From Octopus sinensis (taxonomy: Eukaryota): 64,000 nucleotides of DNA. The first letter of the stretch is position 1; the number at the start of each line of letters is the position of its first letter. Below the pieces are notes generated by a model. It searched no databases. It had not been told where the DNA came from and saw only the letters and a list, made by a program, of their open reading frames with translations. Of this stretch, positions 12,195-25,276 are shown in pieces. A program made the position numbers and the translations under genes. Where the stretch lies: positions 43,028,001-43,092,000 of the forward strand of contig NC_043015.1 of NCBI RefSeq assembly GCF_006345805.1, read 5' to 3'.

Positions 12195-14081
12195 CATATA
12201 TACACACACACACACATATATATATACATATATATACATACATATATATATATACAATATATACACATGTATATACATATATATATGTGTGTATATACAT
12301 ACATAGATATGTTTGTATATATATATATATATATATATGTTTGTATATACATACATAGATATGTTTGTATATACATACATAGATATGTTTGTATATATAT
12401 ATATAATATATATATATATATATACGTTTGTATAGATATATACATACATAGATATATGTTTGTATGTATGTATATATATACCTATATATATATACATACA
12501 TATATATATAGCAAAAATGAAAAGAAAAAGAACGGGAAACAGGGTGGTGGGAGGACAAACACACAAACATATACATACATTCACACACAAATCAATGTTA
12601 AGAATGACCTTCTCCCTCCACCTTCACCCATCATAGGTTGTTGTCTATCAGATAGCAATGTTAAGAGGAAACAAAAATATAATTGGAACCACTCAGAGAT
12701 TCTGTTTGGTCCTTTTCCAGAAGATTCCTCTGAGAGCAGAACAATTCCGTCTGGCTACAATAAACAACCACTGACCACCTGATCCCAAACTGCCCAGAAC
12801 TGAGAAGGAAGCAGGGAACACAACACTATCCCAAAGCACCCTTGTTTGTTCTGCCGCATCTGCTCCATCCAACGCCATGCTTCCAATCTTCTCCATGGCT
12901 GTGTTTGTGTTAAGAAGCTTGCTGTTTCTGCCATGGGGTTTCAGGTTCAATCTCACCGCATGGCACCTTGAGCATGTGTCTTCTACTTCAGCCCTGAGCT
13001 GACCAATATTTTGTGATTGAATTTGGTTGACATACATAAATATATTAAACTAGCACTATGACCCATCTCCAATTTGCTCTGGCAGTGTTTCTACAGCTGG
13101 ATGCCCTTCCTAACGCCAACCACTCCGTGAGTGTAGTGGTTGCTTTTTCCATGCCACTGGCACAGGGGCCAGAGAAGGCTGGCAATGGCCACGATTGGTT
13201 GGTGCATGCATATACAGCTGCGTGCGTGTGCACATACACGCAAGTACTGTCCAAATCTCTGACCAGTCACATACAGCTAGCTGGTATTCAATTGGCGTAT
13301 CAAGTTTCAGGTATTTTGATTGGGTTTTGAATAGAAAATTCACAAAAATGTCACTTCTATTGACATTTTTAATGGCTTTGCAGGGTGACTGGGGAAATGT
13401 AAAGATGTGCACGACCACCCTTGGATGGTTTTGAATGACCATAGAAAGTGCGAGCCCTCTAACTGAAAAATTGTGGATTTGTATAAAGGACACACACACA
13501 CAGACAGACATTTTGCCGTTTATACATATAGAAATGTCTTCTATAGTAGAAGACATTTGTCCAAAGTGCCATACAGCAGGACTGAACCTGGTAACATATG
13601 GTTGGAAAGCAAGCAAAATTTATTACATCATTCCATTCTGGTCACCAATGGGAATTCCACTGCAGTGGTCAATTATTCTAGAAATCAACCACAGATCTTC
13701 TACAACTTCTTACAACTATTGTTAAATTACTCTATTTTATTTATTTAAAAAAAACACTGTTTTTTGCTTTGTATTTTCCTTTAAAATATTTTTTTTTTGT
13801 CGAATAAAATAAGAGCTATTCTAAATTTCAATAGACTTTTTTTTATCTCTTTTTGAAAAACTTGTAGCAGAGCTTGTATCCATTAATATTTTAAAGATTG
13901 TAAGAGAGAGAGAAAAAAAAAAACATAAATACACAGATACAAAGAATTAAAAGACAAACAAACAGTCCACGTTTCATTTTACATATACATATAATTTTCT
14001 CGTAAAATAAGACATTGACAAATCATTGTTTTCCCTAGCAATAAACAAGACTTTTATTTTAAAATAGCAACCAAGTATGTC

Positions 14082-14125
<44 letters not shown>

Positions 14126-14734
14126 GGACACTGATAAAAATTTATATAATATAAATGATATATAAATATATGCATATATATACATACATATATGTACATA
14201 TCTACATATATATGTATGTATATATACATGCATATATGGGTACAAGACAAAAAAAAAAAACGTTGAATACAATGAGAAACGAAAACATAAAAACAAAAAC
14301 ATAGAAAACGAACTTTTTTTCGAACAACAAAAAAAACAAACAGAGACACGAGACATGCAACATAAAGAATATTCCCCTTCATCAGATGTCCCTGTTTCAT
14401 CTACTCCGCGTTTCGAAGGCAGGGACATACATACATATGATTATATATCCTTTAATGTGAGTTTTCCATGCTGGCATGGGTTGGACGGTTTGACAGGGGC
14501 TGACTAGGCAGAAGACTGCACCACGCTTCACTGTCAGTTATGGAATGGTTTTTACAGCTGGATGCCATTCCTAACCCCAACCACCTTACCAAGTGGACAG
14601 AGTGCTTTTTACGTGGCACCAGCAAGATCAGTTTTGGCATATATATATATACACATACATATATATACACACACATATATATACATACACACACTAATAT
14701 ATATATGCACACACACACATATGTATATATATAT

Positions 14735-15010
14735 ATCATCATCATCATCTTCGTTTAACATCCGTTTTCCAGGCTAGCATGGGTTGGACGGTTCAACCGG
14801 GGTCTGGGAAGACAGGAGGCTGCACCAGGCTCCAGTTTGATCCAGCAGTGTTTCTACAGCTAGATGCCCTTCCTAACGCCAACCACTCCATGAGTGTAGA
14901 GGGTGCTTTTTCCATGCCACTGGCACAGGGACCAGAGGAGGTTGGTAACGGCCAAGATTGGTTGGTGCTTTTTACGTGCCACCAGCACGGTTGCCAGTCA
15001 AGGCGGTGCT

Positions 15011-15015
<5 letters not shown>
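14735..15015 (-). mobile_element. RTE 3'UTR family fragment
   Basis: Same (CAT)n-cgtttaacatccg..gcatgggttggacgg sequence as the other copies. Confidence 0.7.
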
Positions 15016-15067
<52 letters not shown>

Positions 15068-15068
<1 letters not shown>

Positions 15069-15296
15069 GGTGGTTGTCTACTCCTTATGCAGAGTCTGAT
15101 CACCTCCTGTAACCACCTTAGAACCATCATGGCGTCTGATGTGGCTTTTTAAACCAGACAATGTTTCGAAAAGACACCCACATAGATTGCACCTCCGATT
15201 TGGAACACCAAGAGCTGCAGATAAGTTCTGATCCTTGTGGATCTTAAAATGTCTTTTGAGGACTCCATTCGATTTGAAGACCTTACGGTATGCACG
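15068..15296 (-). mobile_element. Probable LINE (RTE-like) C-terminal fragment with two C2H2 zinc-finger motifs
   Basis: ..KVFKSNGVLKRHFKIH..CNLCGCLFETLSGLKSHIRRH.. with no TGEKP linker. It runs into (TA)n and is truncated by a SINE. Confidence 0.5.
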
Positions 15297-15404
15297 ACGA
15301 AATACTGCTAAGCATTTCGCCCAGCTAGCCGTCTTAATAATAATAATAATAATAATCTTTTCTACTCCAGGCACAGGGTCTGAAATTTTGGGGGAGGAGG
15401 CCAA

Positions 15405-15713
15405 TCGATGTGATCGACCCCAGTACGCAACTGGTACTTAATTTATCGACCCTGGAAGGATGAAAGGCAAAGTCGACTTCAGTGGAATTTGAATTCAGAA
15501 TGTAGTGGCAGTCGAAATACCTATTTCTTTACTACCCACAAGGGGCTAAACACAGAGGGGACAGACAAACGGATTAAGTACTTAATTTATCGACCCCGAA
15601 AGATGAAAGGCAAAGTCGACCTTGGCGGAATTTGAACTCAGAACGTAATGGCAGACGAAATACCGCTAAACATTTCGCCCGGTGTGCTAACGATTCTGCC
15701 AGCTCACTGCCTT
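15405..15713 (-). mobile_element. Multimeric tRNA SINE (4781-5558 family)
   Basis: Head plus two body units with the same aaagaaata|ggtatttc junction. Confidence 0.8.
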
Positions 15714-15714
15714 A

Positions 15715-15745
<31 letters not shown>

Positions 15746-15783
15746 TAATAATAATAATAATAAAATAATAATAATAATAATAA

Positions 15784-15814
<31 letters not shown>

Positions 15815-17704
15815 TAATAATAATAATAATAATATCGTGGACAGCAAACATAGTACCAGGTGTTCTTCAAACATAAACAGGGCCTGTTGGTTTAGCAAGA
15901 TAGGAAGACTATTTCAAAGTAACTACCATAGAATTCCTACACTGAATAGAACAGAATAAAATGGAATGGAATGGAATGGAACAGAACACAAAAGAATGGA
16001 ATTCCTTTATTCTTAATTATAGGAGCTTCTGGATATGAAGCGAAGTTTTGTCATGATAGAGATGTCTTGGATTACTAAAGATAGACACACGGACAATGTG
16101 AATGTGTTTATGGGAAGGAAAATAATACATAACTTGATACAGAGTCTTTAAGTTGAATATAATGTAAGCATATGTGTGTGTGTGTGGGGGGGTGATGCGG
16201 GGAGAGGGGTGTTTGTGGAAGTGTGAGCATTTGGGATTGCATGTGTGCATGTTTATAGATGCGTGTGTGTGTGTGTATTAGTAAATGTATTTCTTGTTTT
16301 TTTTTAATGTATGTGTGTGTTTGTGAATGTATGTGTTTGTGAATGCATGTGTGTGTGTGTGTGTGTGTGTTTGTGAATACCTGTGTGTGTGTGTGTGTGT
16401 GTGTGTGTTGTGAACGTGTGTGTATGTGAATGTGTGTGTGTGTGTGTGTAAATGTGTGTGTGTATGTGAATGCATGTGTGTGTATGTGAATGTGTGTATG
16501 TGAATGTATGTGTGCGTGAATGCGTATGTGTTTGTGAATGTGTGTGCATGTGAATGTGTGTGTGTGTATGTGTGTGTGTGTAAGTGTGAATGTGTGTGTG
16601 TGTATGTGAATATGTGTGTGTATGCAGGTGTGTGCATCTGAGTGCCTATGTGTGTATGTGAATGTGTGTGAATGTGTGTGTGTGTGGTTGTGAATGCCTA
16701 TGTGTATTTATGAATACCTGTGTATTTGTAAATGTGTGTCTGTATGAGAATGCCTATGTGTATTTGTGAATACGTGGGCATGTGTTCACGAGTGTGGCCA
16801 AACTTGCATGTGCATGTTTGTGAGGGCATGCTTACGAGTGTGTGTGTGTGTGTGTGTGTGTTGTGTGTGTGTGTGTGTGCGAATGCAGTGTTTGTATATT
16901 TCTGAATTGTGTGTGTTTGTGAGTGCCTGTGTGTGTGTGTTATCTATGCCCACTGCTTCCTCATACCCACATATCTTAAGTTTATTATTCACAAACACGG
17001 GCCATTTTCTCCAGCCAAGCTCACCACAGACGCCATCAGCAGTTCTCAGATACCAGGAATACCATAGGAGCACACTGGTGAATGTTATCAGGTAATCTCT
17101 AGATCAGCTCTGATGATGGAGCAGACCAATGATCAAAGGCATTCCAGCTCTGACCATCCAGCCTGTTGAAGGAAAATTTGAACACTACTTTGTTTAATGC
17201 AATGCACCCACTATTAAGACAGCTGAAGTGTGAGTTGAGGGAAATTGTGCTGCTATTTCTAGCAGGTTGTGTAACTACATAGAACCACATGTCTTTTTGT
17301 TTTTATTTGTTTCAGTTATTAGAATGCAGCCATGCTGGAGCACAGCATTTAGGAATTTTAGTCAAATGAATTAACCCCAGTAATTTCTTCTTTTTAAGCC
17401 TGGTATGTATTCGATTGGTCAATGTTTTGCTGAACTGCTAGGTTACAGGGATGTAAATACACCAACACCGGTTATCAAACAATGGTAGAACACATACACA
17501 AACATATCTATCTATCTACCTACTTACTGACCAACCTATCTACCTACCTACCTACTGACCTATCTATCTGTGTATCTATCTATCTATCTACCTACCTATC
17601 TACCTACCTACCTACCTATCTACCTACTTACTTACTGACCGACCCATCTATCTATCTCCCTACCTACTTACCGACCAACATATATATCTATTTATCTGTC
17701 TGAT

Positions 17705-18083
17705 AAAGAAGCTTGAGAGGCGGTTGGATGGAACTTACACTCGCCTCCTTATGAGAGCTCAAAATCTCCCGTAGAAGCATCATCCAACCAAAGTACAAAT
17801 ATATAGGAAATTACCACCTGTATCATCTCTTGTGAAAGGTAGAATAGTCCAGTTTGCTGGACATTGTTGTAGAGCTGAAAATGAGGTAATTTCTACTCTT
17901 CTCCTCTGGAAGCCATCTGCTCGCGGTACCAGAGGGCGCACACTCTCCTACCCTGATGTAATCTCCAGGGATACAGGCATCCAGCAACAGGACCTCCGTA
18001 ATGCTATGATGGACTGTGAAGTCTGGCGTAACATAGTAAATTCCATTGTCTCGACCACAGTCGAACAAGGATGATGATGATGA
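17705..18083 (+). mobile_element. RTE-type LINE 3' fragment
   Basis: KKLERRLDGTYTRLLMRAQNL..KGRIVQFAGHCCRAENE.. followed by a (GAT)n tail. Closely similar to 61913-62406. Confidence 0.85.
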
Positions 18084-18153
18084 TCTATCTACCTATCTAT
18101 CTACCTACCTACTTACTGACCGACCTATCTACCTATCCATCCATTCATTCGTC

Positions 18154-18299
18154 TATATATTAAAGTTAGATTAGGCCGATTTATGGCATTACTGCAGGCT
18201 TCACGTCCATAAAGGGCTGAGCTTTATGGCATATGGCCCTTTATGGACATGAAACCTAAGGTAATGCCATAAACCAGCCTTACCTAACTTTCATATATA
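18154..18299. repeat. Inverted repeat containing a core-deleted hammerhead remnant
   Basis: Arms at about 18154-18217 and 18236-18299. TTTATGGCAT..GAAAC CTAAG GTA ATGCCATAAA. Confidence 0.55.
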
Positions 18300-19007
18300 C
18301 TGCTCTATAACTTAGAGTATGTTTCTTTTTCAGATTTATGTTTATACAGACAATATACATCATCATCATCATCATAGTTTAACATCCGCTTTCCATGCTG
18401 CTATGGGTGGGACGGCTTGACTGAGGTCTGGAGAGCCAGTGGCTGCACCAGGCTCCAATCTGATCTGGCAACAGTTCTACAGCTGGATGCCCATATCAAA
18501 TTTGCAGGCATGGTGGGGTCAAATTTTAGTAGCTGTTGGCTGGTGCATTTGGCCAAAGACAATCAGACACCGTTTGTCACTAAATTTGAAATCACGATAT
18601 CAAATTAATCAGCATTACTTTTGATGACCTAAAACAGGTAAGATGATATTATTGTTCACTAAAATTTTTCCCAATCATGCCCGTATTAATTTTGTGACTA
18701 TTCCGTGGCATAGAAGTATCTCTGACTTCTATTCTTAGCGATGCAAGTGTTCATGTACTACTCGTGTGTGCGAGTGTATATATATATATACATTAATTTG
18801 CTTGTACAGTTTGTATTTGTTGCCACTAGTGATAACATTTTTAATACTACTATCGCTCTCATACTTCATCAAAATAAGCCACAAGAATGACTCGGGTAAT
18901 TTGGTACGATCGTTTCGTACTACATCATTTTATTAAAAGTTGTAAGTATTACAACAGATTTAAGATGCTGAGTACTCATCACCCAATTATAGAGGTTTTC
19001 CATTAAT

Positions 19008-19038
<31 letters not shown>

Positions 19039-19430
19039 GGCGCAGGAGTGGGTGTGTCGTATGTAGCTTGCTTACTAACCACATGGTCCCAGGTTCAGTC
19101 CCACTGTGTGGCACCTCGGGCAAGTGTCTTCTACTATAGCCTCAGGCCAACCAAAGCCTTGTGAGTGGATTTGGTAGACGGAAACTGAAAGAAACCCATC
19201 AAATATATATATATATGTGTGTGTGTATGTGTGTGTTTGTCCCCCCAATATTGCTTGACAATCGATGCTTGTGTGTTTACATCCCCGTAACTTAGCAGTT
19301 CGGTAAGGAAGACCGACAGAATAAGTACTACGCTTACAAAGAATAAGATCTGGAGTCGATTTGCTTGACTAAAGGTGGTGCTCCAGCATGGCTGCAGTGA
19401 AATGACAGAAACAAGTAAAAGAATAAAAGA
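19039..19430 (+). mobile_element. CORE-type tRNA SINE, full length
   Basis: Runs from the ggcgcaggagtgg head to the gaaacaagtaaaagaataaaaga tail. Confidence 0.85.
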
Positions 19431-19985
19431 AGATATACAACAGGCTTCTTTCAGTTTCCGTCAACAAAATACACTCAAAAGGGACCACAGAAAAAGATGC
19501 TCACCCGAGGTGCATTATCCTAGGATTGAACTCAAGCCCTCACAGTTGGAAAGCAAGCTTCTTAATCCACACCTGTTCCTTACATAAGTATTTGATAAGG
19601 CCTCGTGCTTATTGGCTGCAGCATCACAACACACTCCTGTACATGTTCGTTAACGGACTCGAAACCAGGTGTTTGTTTATCTCCAGCTCGTTTGCACTAA
19701 CGAATGTGTGCAGGTACATTTCATCACTGGGTACCGTTTATTGGCGCTGTCGCCGTGTTTAATGCAGCTATGCATCTGCAGAGGCGTGCAGTTTGACGTC
19801 CATGCTGACATGTTGTTAGTGAAGCCCCCTGCAGTGTTACACTGTGTTAAGCTTCCTTCTTCTATATTAAGAGCAAGCGTGGGTGGGGGGCATGCATGGC
19901 ATGAGTTTTGGTACTAAAACATATGGCAGGAAAAGTAACAAGATATATAAATAAATACACACACATATATATACACACACATATA

Positions 19986-20357
19986 CTCTCTTATTTGCTT
20001 CAGCCATTTGACTGTGGCCATGCTGGAGCACCGCCTTTAGTCGAGCAAATCGACCCCAGGACTTATTCTTTGTAAGCCTAGTACTTATTCTATGGGTCTC
20101 TTTTGCCGAACCGCTAAGTGACGGCGACGTAAACCCACCAGCATCGGTTGTCAAGCGATGTTGGGGGGAAAAACACAGACACACACACACACACACACGA
20201 CAGGCTTCTTTCAGTTTCCGTCTACCAAATCCACTCACAAGGCTTTGGTCGGCCCGAGGCTATAGTAGAAGACACTTGCCCAAGATGCCACGGAGTGGGA
20301 CTGAACCCGGAACCGTGTGGTTGGTAAGCAAGCTACTTACCACACAGCCACTCCTGC
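19986..20357 (-). mobile_element. CORE-type tRNA SINE, full length
   Basis: Reverse-complement copy of the same family. Confidence 0.85.
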
Positions 20358-21066
20358 ACATGTTGGACCTATTTTCGTACATATGCAGACACCATTTGAA
20401 ACAATGGTGTCCCATGTTTATGTCCTTCGGTGACTTAGTGGTTCAACCAAAAGATTGATAAAATCAGCACCAGACTTAATATGATCGACTTAAAATCCTT
20501 GAAGGAGGTCCGCAGCATGGCCTGAGTCCACTGACAGAAATGAATAAAAGATGACCTTATCATATGATTGGATGATTAACTGATTAACTATCAAAAGAAA
20601 ACGGACTCAATACATTTGGAATGTAGACTAAGTTTGTTTTGTTAAGAACCACAATACCTTATGCTTTTGTGTGATTCGCCACCTGTGTACCTCTTTGGAG
20701 ATATACATCTAAAGGTAATGTCAATAGCGAAATGTGGTTACAACACCAATATATTGTTCTTCAAAGCCATAATTCTGAAAAGCTAAGTGAACAGTGAAAT
20801 GTGATAGCAACACATACCATATTGTTTACTCAGATATTGTTCTTCAAAAGAAGATATACATCTGAAATGTGCACAAGCTTGGCAGTGACAATGCGACCAA
20901 GAAATTTGCTTTGTAAACATGTGGTTTTGGGTTATGCCTTACTGTGAGACACCGTGGGCTAGTACAATCCTATATTTAAGTGATGAGGAATTATGTGCAT
21001 TGCTAAACGATGATGATGATGATGATTTACATTTGATGGATATTTTTCTTCATCTTGTTTGTTGTT

Positions 21067-21110
21067 AACAACGTTTCAGCTGATATACCCTCCAGCCTTC
21101 ATCAGGTGTC
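21067..21110 (-). ncRNA. Minimal type-I hammerhead ribozyme (copy 1)
   Basis: GACAC CTGATGA A GGCTGG-AGGGTATA-TCAGCT GAAAC GTT GTT. Confidence 0.7.
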
Positions 21111-21239
21111 TTGGGGAAATTTTGAACCTGGGTTCTCATTCCTAAGGTATTTTTTGATACAGTTCTATATTTAAGAGATGAGGAATTTAAGTACATTATT
21201 TACATTTGATGAATATTTGTCCTCATCTTGTTTGTTGGT

Positions 21240-21284
21240 AACACAACGTTTCAGAGATATACCCTCCAGCCTTCATCAGGTGTC
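21240..21284 (-). ncRNA. Minimal type-I hammerhead ribozyme (copy 2)
   Basis: GACAC CTGATGA A GGCTGG-AGGGTATA-TCTCT GAAAC GTT^GTGTT. Palindromic AACGTT stem III; stem II is mutated. Confidence 0.7.
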
Positions 21285-21429
21285 TTGGGGAAATTTTGAA
21301 CCTGGGTTCTCATTCCTAAGGTTTTTTTCAATGTTGTTGTTATTATTATTATTATTATTATCATTATTCAGGTCACTGCTTGGAATCGAACACAGAACCT
21401 TGGGGTTACTAGCCTGCGCTCGTAACCAA

Positions 21430-21475
21430 GACACCTGATGAAGGCTGGAGGGTATATCAGGTGAAACGCTGTGTT
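21430..21475 (+). ncRNA. Minimal type-I hammerhead ribozyme (inverted copy 3)
   Basis: GACAC CTGATGA A GGCTGG-AGGGTATA-TCAGGT GAAAC GCT GTGTT. The cleavage triplet is mutated. Confidence 0.65.
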
Positions 21476-21593
21476 AACAACAAACAAGAAGAGGACAAAT
21501 ATCCGTTAAATGTGTGTGTGTGTGCGTGCATATATACATATATATATGCACACACACACACACACACACATACAAATATATATATATATGCAG

Positions 21594-21995
21594 CAGGCAC
21601 GTGCCATCAGTAATAGCTCAAGGTAGGTAGTTGGTGACCTTTATTTAGTAAAAGACACAAAAATAAGCGAAACACAGGTGGACGACTGAGCTGAAGGCAG
21701 ATTTACTTCTGCCTTTATAGTGCTTAAAACAAACGGTGTTGTAGGAATGCACGCAGCATGTGTACCACAGCAGTATTACGTGTAGCTTTAATACTGAGAT
21801 TGAAAGGCAGAGGCGAATTATGCCTACCTAATCTCTGAAAAAATACAATATTTTGCATTTTAACATAATCAGAGTAACCTTCATAATTTTATTGAATTAG
21901 GTGCATATTTTGCCATAAAAGGCAAATGTTGCTATCGATCTATTGTATTCAAGGTAGGCACTGCCGACCTTGCCTACCTAGGTGGCACATCCCTG
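21594..21995. mobile_element. hAT-type MITE
   Basis: TIRs caggcacgtgccatc and ggtggcacatccctg. 8-bp TSD atatgcag (21586-21593) and ataagcag (21996-22003). Confidence 0.75.
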
Positions 21996-22995
21996 ATAAG
22001 CAGGCTTCTTTCAGTTTCTGCCTACCAAATCCACTAACATGGCTTTGGTTGGTCTGACGCCATAGTAGAAGACACTTGTCCAAGGTGCCATGCAGTGGAA
22101 TTGAACCCGCAATGATGTGGTCGTTGGGAAGCAAACTTCTTAGATGAACGGAAAATGAAATCACTTGGTGAGAGTTAGCAACAGGAAGAGCATCCTGCCG
22201 TAGAAATTCTCCTTCGGCAAATCCTACCCGACTTCTGCAAGCATGGGAAAATATGCAAGACATTAAAGCAATGAAGATGATGATGATAATGACGATGGTG
22301 ATGATGATGACGACATGGCGATGATGATGATGATGATTACGTGACTAATGAAATGCAACGGTAACACTTGTGGTTCTAAATTTGTTCTTGAGAAAAGATA
22401 GATATCTGTAGAAAGCTATGCGGATAGCGAAATGCGACAGTGACATGTGAGATATTTCTGTTCTAAGACATAACTCTAAGAAAGAAAGAAAGAAAGAAAG
22501 AAGAAAGAAGAAAGAAGAAGAAGGAGAAAGAAAAAAACGCGGAGAAAAGGAATTCCAACACCTACAATTATTGTTCTTCAAAGACATTGTATCGCTGCAA
22601 AACTGTGTGAAAAGTGAAATGAAACACAATAGCTACATGTGAGACAAAGTTCTTGATAATCTATATACATGTGTGTGTGTGTGTGTGTGAGTGTGGGCGG
22701 GTGGGTATGTAAGTGTGTATGTGTGGTGTGAGTATGTGCGTGTATCATCACGTGTGTGCGTGTGTGTGTATAGATATAAGTGTGTGTATGTACATGCGTG
22801 ATGTTGGTATATGAAAATTAAACAAATATTGATATATCATATGTGTGCGTGTCTATGCATGTGTGTGTTTCTCTCTGTGTGTGTGTGTGTTGTGTGTGTG
22901 TGTGTGCGCACCTATAAAATCCTAAATAGATGGGTATGTAAAATGAGCAAAACACTTTAACACATCATTAAACACACACACATGTACATACAAAC

Positions 22996-23072
<77 letters not shown>

Positions 23073-23309
23073 TATATACATAAACATATATCTATATTCT
23101 TCATATCTAACTTTCATTAGATTTAAACTAAAAGAAGCAAAATATAAAATAAAAAAAACAACAAAAAGGAAACAGTTTACAAACTACATTTGCATATATT
23201 TGCACTCTTTTTAAGACTACAACATGAACAACAGCAACACAACAACAAACAATTCACAGCCCACAAACACGAACATTCTTTTTTTACTTTTCCTTTATAT
23301 ATTTCACAA

Positions 23310-23735
23310 TCATCATCATCACCATCATCATCACCATCATCATCATCATCACCAGCATCATCACCAGCATCATCATCATCACCAGCATCATCACCAGCAT
23401 CATCACCAGCATCATCAACAGCATCATCAACAGTCACGATTGCCATTATCACTGCCACCACCACCATCATCATCGTGACCATCACCATCACTATCATCAA
23501 CATTGTCATCATTGCCATCACCATCACCATCACTACGATCATCGGCAACATCATCACCATCATTGCCACCACCATCTTCAGTAACATCATCACCATCATT
23601 GCCATCACCATTGCTACCACCACGACCACCACCACCATTGTGGCCATTGCCATCACCACCACCACTGTCATCATTGCCACCATCACGACGACGACCACCA
23701 CCACCACAAACTACCACCACAACATCAACAACAAT
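23310..23735. repeat. (CAT/CAC/CAG)n degenerate tract
   Basis: Low-complexity trinucleotide repeats. Confidence 0.85.
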
Positions 23736-24390
23736 TACTATTATCTCCTTTTTCACCCTTTTGGTAATATCACAACAATACTTCTAAAAGTACAAATTTT
23801 AAGTGTGGCACATTGAAACAGAAAAGAGGGGGGAAGAAAAAAAAACAAAACAAAACAAAATAAAATAAAATAAAATAAAATAAAATAAAAAAACAAAACA
23901 AAAGCTAAACGAACACAGAGCAAAATACACCCAAGATATGTTAACGAACATATATGAAAGCATGCATATGGTGCAAAATATATCTTGTTCTGACTAGAAT
24001 TTCATATTGTTTTCCAAAAAAGACATTTTTGGTGAAAATACTTTGGCGATTCTCTTTGTTGCGATTTTTGCTTTATTTCTTAAGAAAACTTAAACACACC
24101 GTGCCCCCCCCCCACACCCCACTCACCCCGCAAAAAATAAAATAAAATAAGATAAGATAATAAACAATAAGGAAACAAAAAAAAAAAACAAAGAATTTTC
24201 TATTGATTTTTGGTAACATCAAGATTACGATAACAGTTTTGTAAAAGAATATAGGTTTTTTTAATGTTTTTGTACTTATACCAAGCTGTAGTAATAAGGA
24301 GATCAAAAACAATGATGAATGTAATACGTATATGTGTGTGTATGGGTATATATGTATGGATACATCACATCAAAAAGGCATACTTAAGTA

Positions 24391-24437
<47 letters not shown>

Positions 24438-25030
24438 GTATGTATGCATATGTATATATACATATGTATATATGCATATACGTACATATACATATGTATA
24501 TATGCATATACATACATATACCTATATATATATATATATATATGCACATATACATATGTATATATACATTTATATACATACATATGTATATATACATACA
24601 TATACTTATATATACATACATATACTTATATATACATATATATATACATACATATACTTATATATACATATATATACATACATATACTTATATATACATA
24701 TATATACATACATATACTTATATATACATATACATACATAAATAAACATACATACATACACACACACACACACATATATATATATACACACACACCACCG
24801 AAATGCATATATATCTATATAGTACACACGCACATGCTTCCTCCCTCCCACTCATTACCTAACAAATACTTTATTACAGAATGTATTATATATACGTATA
24901 GATATATATATACATACATATACGCACACACGCACACACATATACACAAATACACAACGTGTATGTATGTGTTTTATATAAAGATTTACATGGGCACATA
25001 CACAAATACACGAAAGTATACATCCGTTTT

Positions 25031-25076
<46 letters not shown>

Positions 25077-25276
25077 AAGTATTCATAAACACCAATTTGG
25101 TACTGAAAAAGAATAATTTCATTTTCATTTCTCTCTCACGCCCACACGATGCTTCTGACATGCATATAATATCTATATATGAAGCTAAGATCCCACCAGG
25201 GGTTTCAAGACATGAAACTCTACAGAAATGGCAAAAAAAATAAAATAAAATAAAATTTAAAAAAACTGAAACTTAC

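Larger units (their letters stand above)
20966..21512 (-). mobile_element. tRNA-headed, hammerhead-bearing element with tandem and inverted (Penelope pLTR-like) units
   Basis: Read on the minus strand: inverted tail copy (21512-21428), tRNA-like head (21427-21367), (TAA)n, then two ~174-bp HHR-containing units. Confidence 0.7.
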
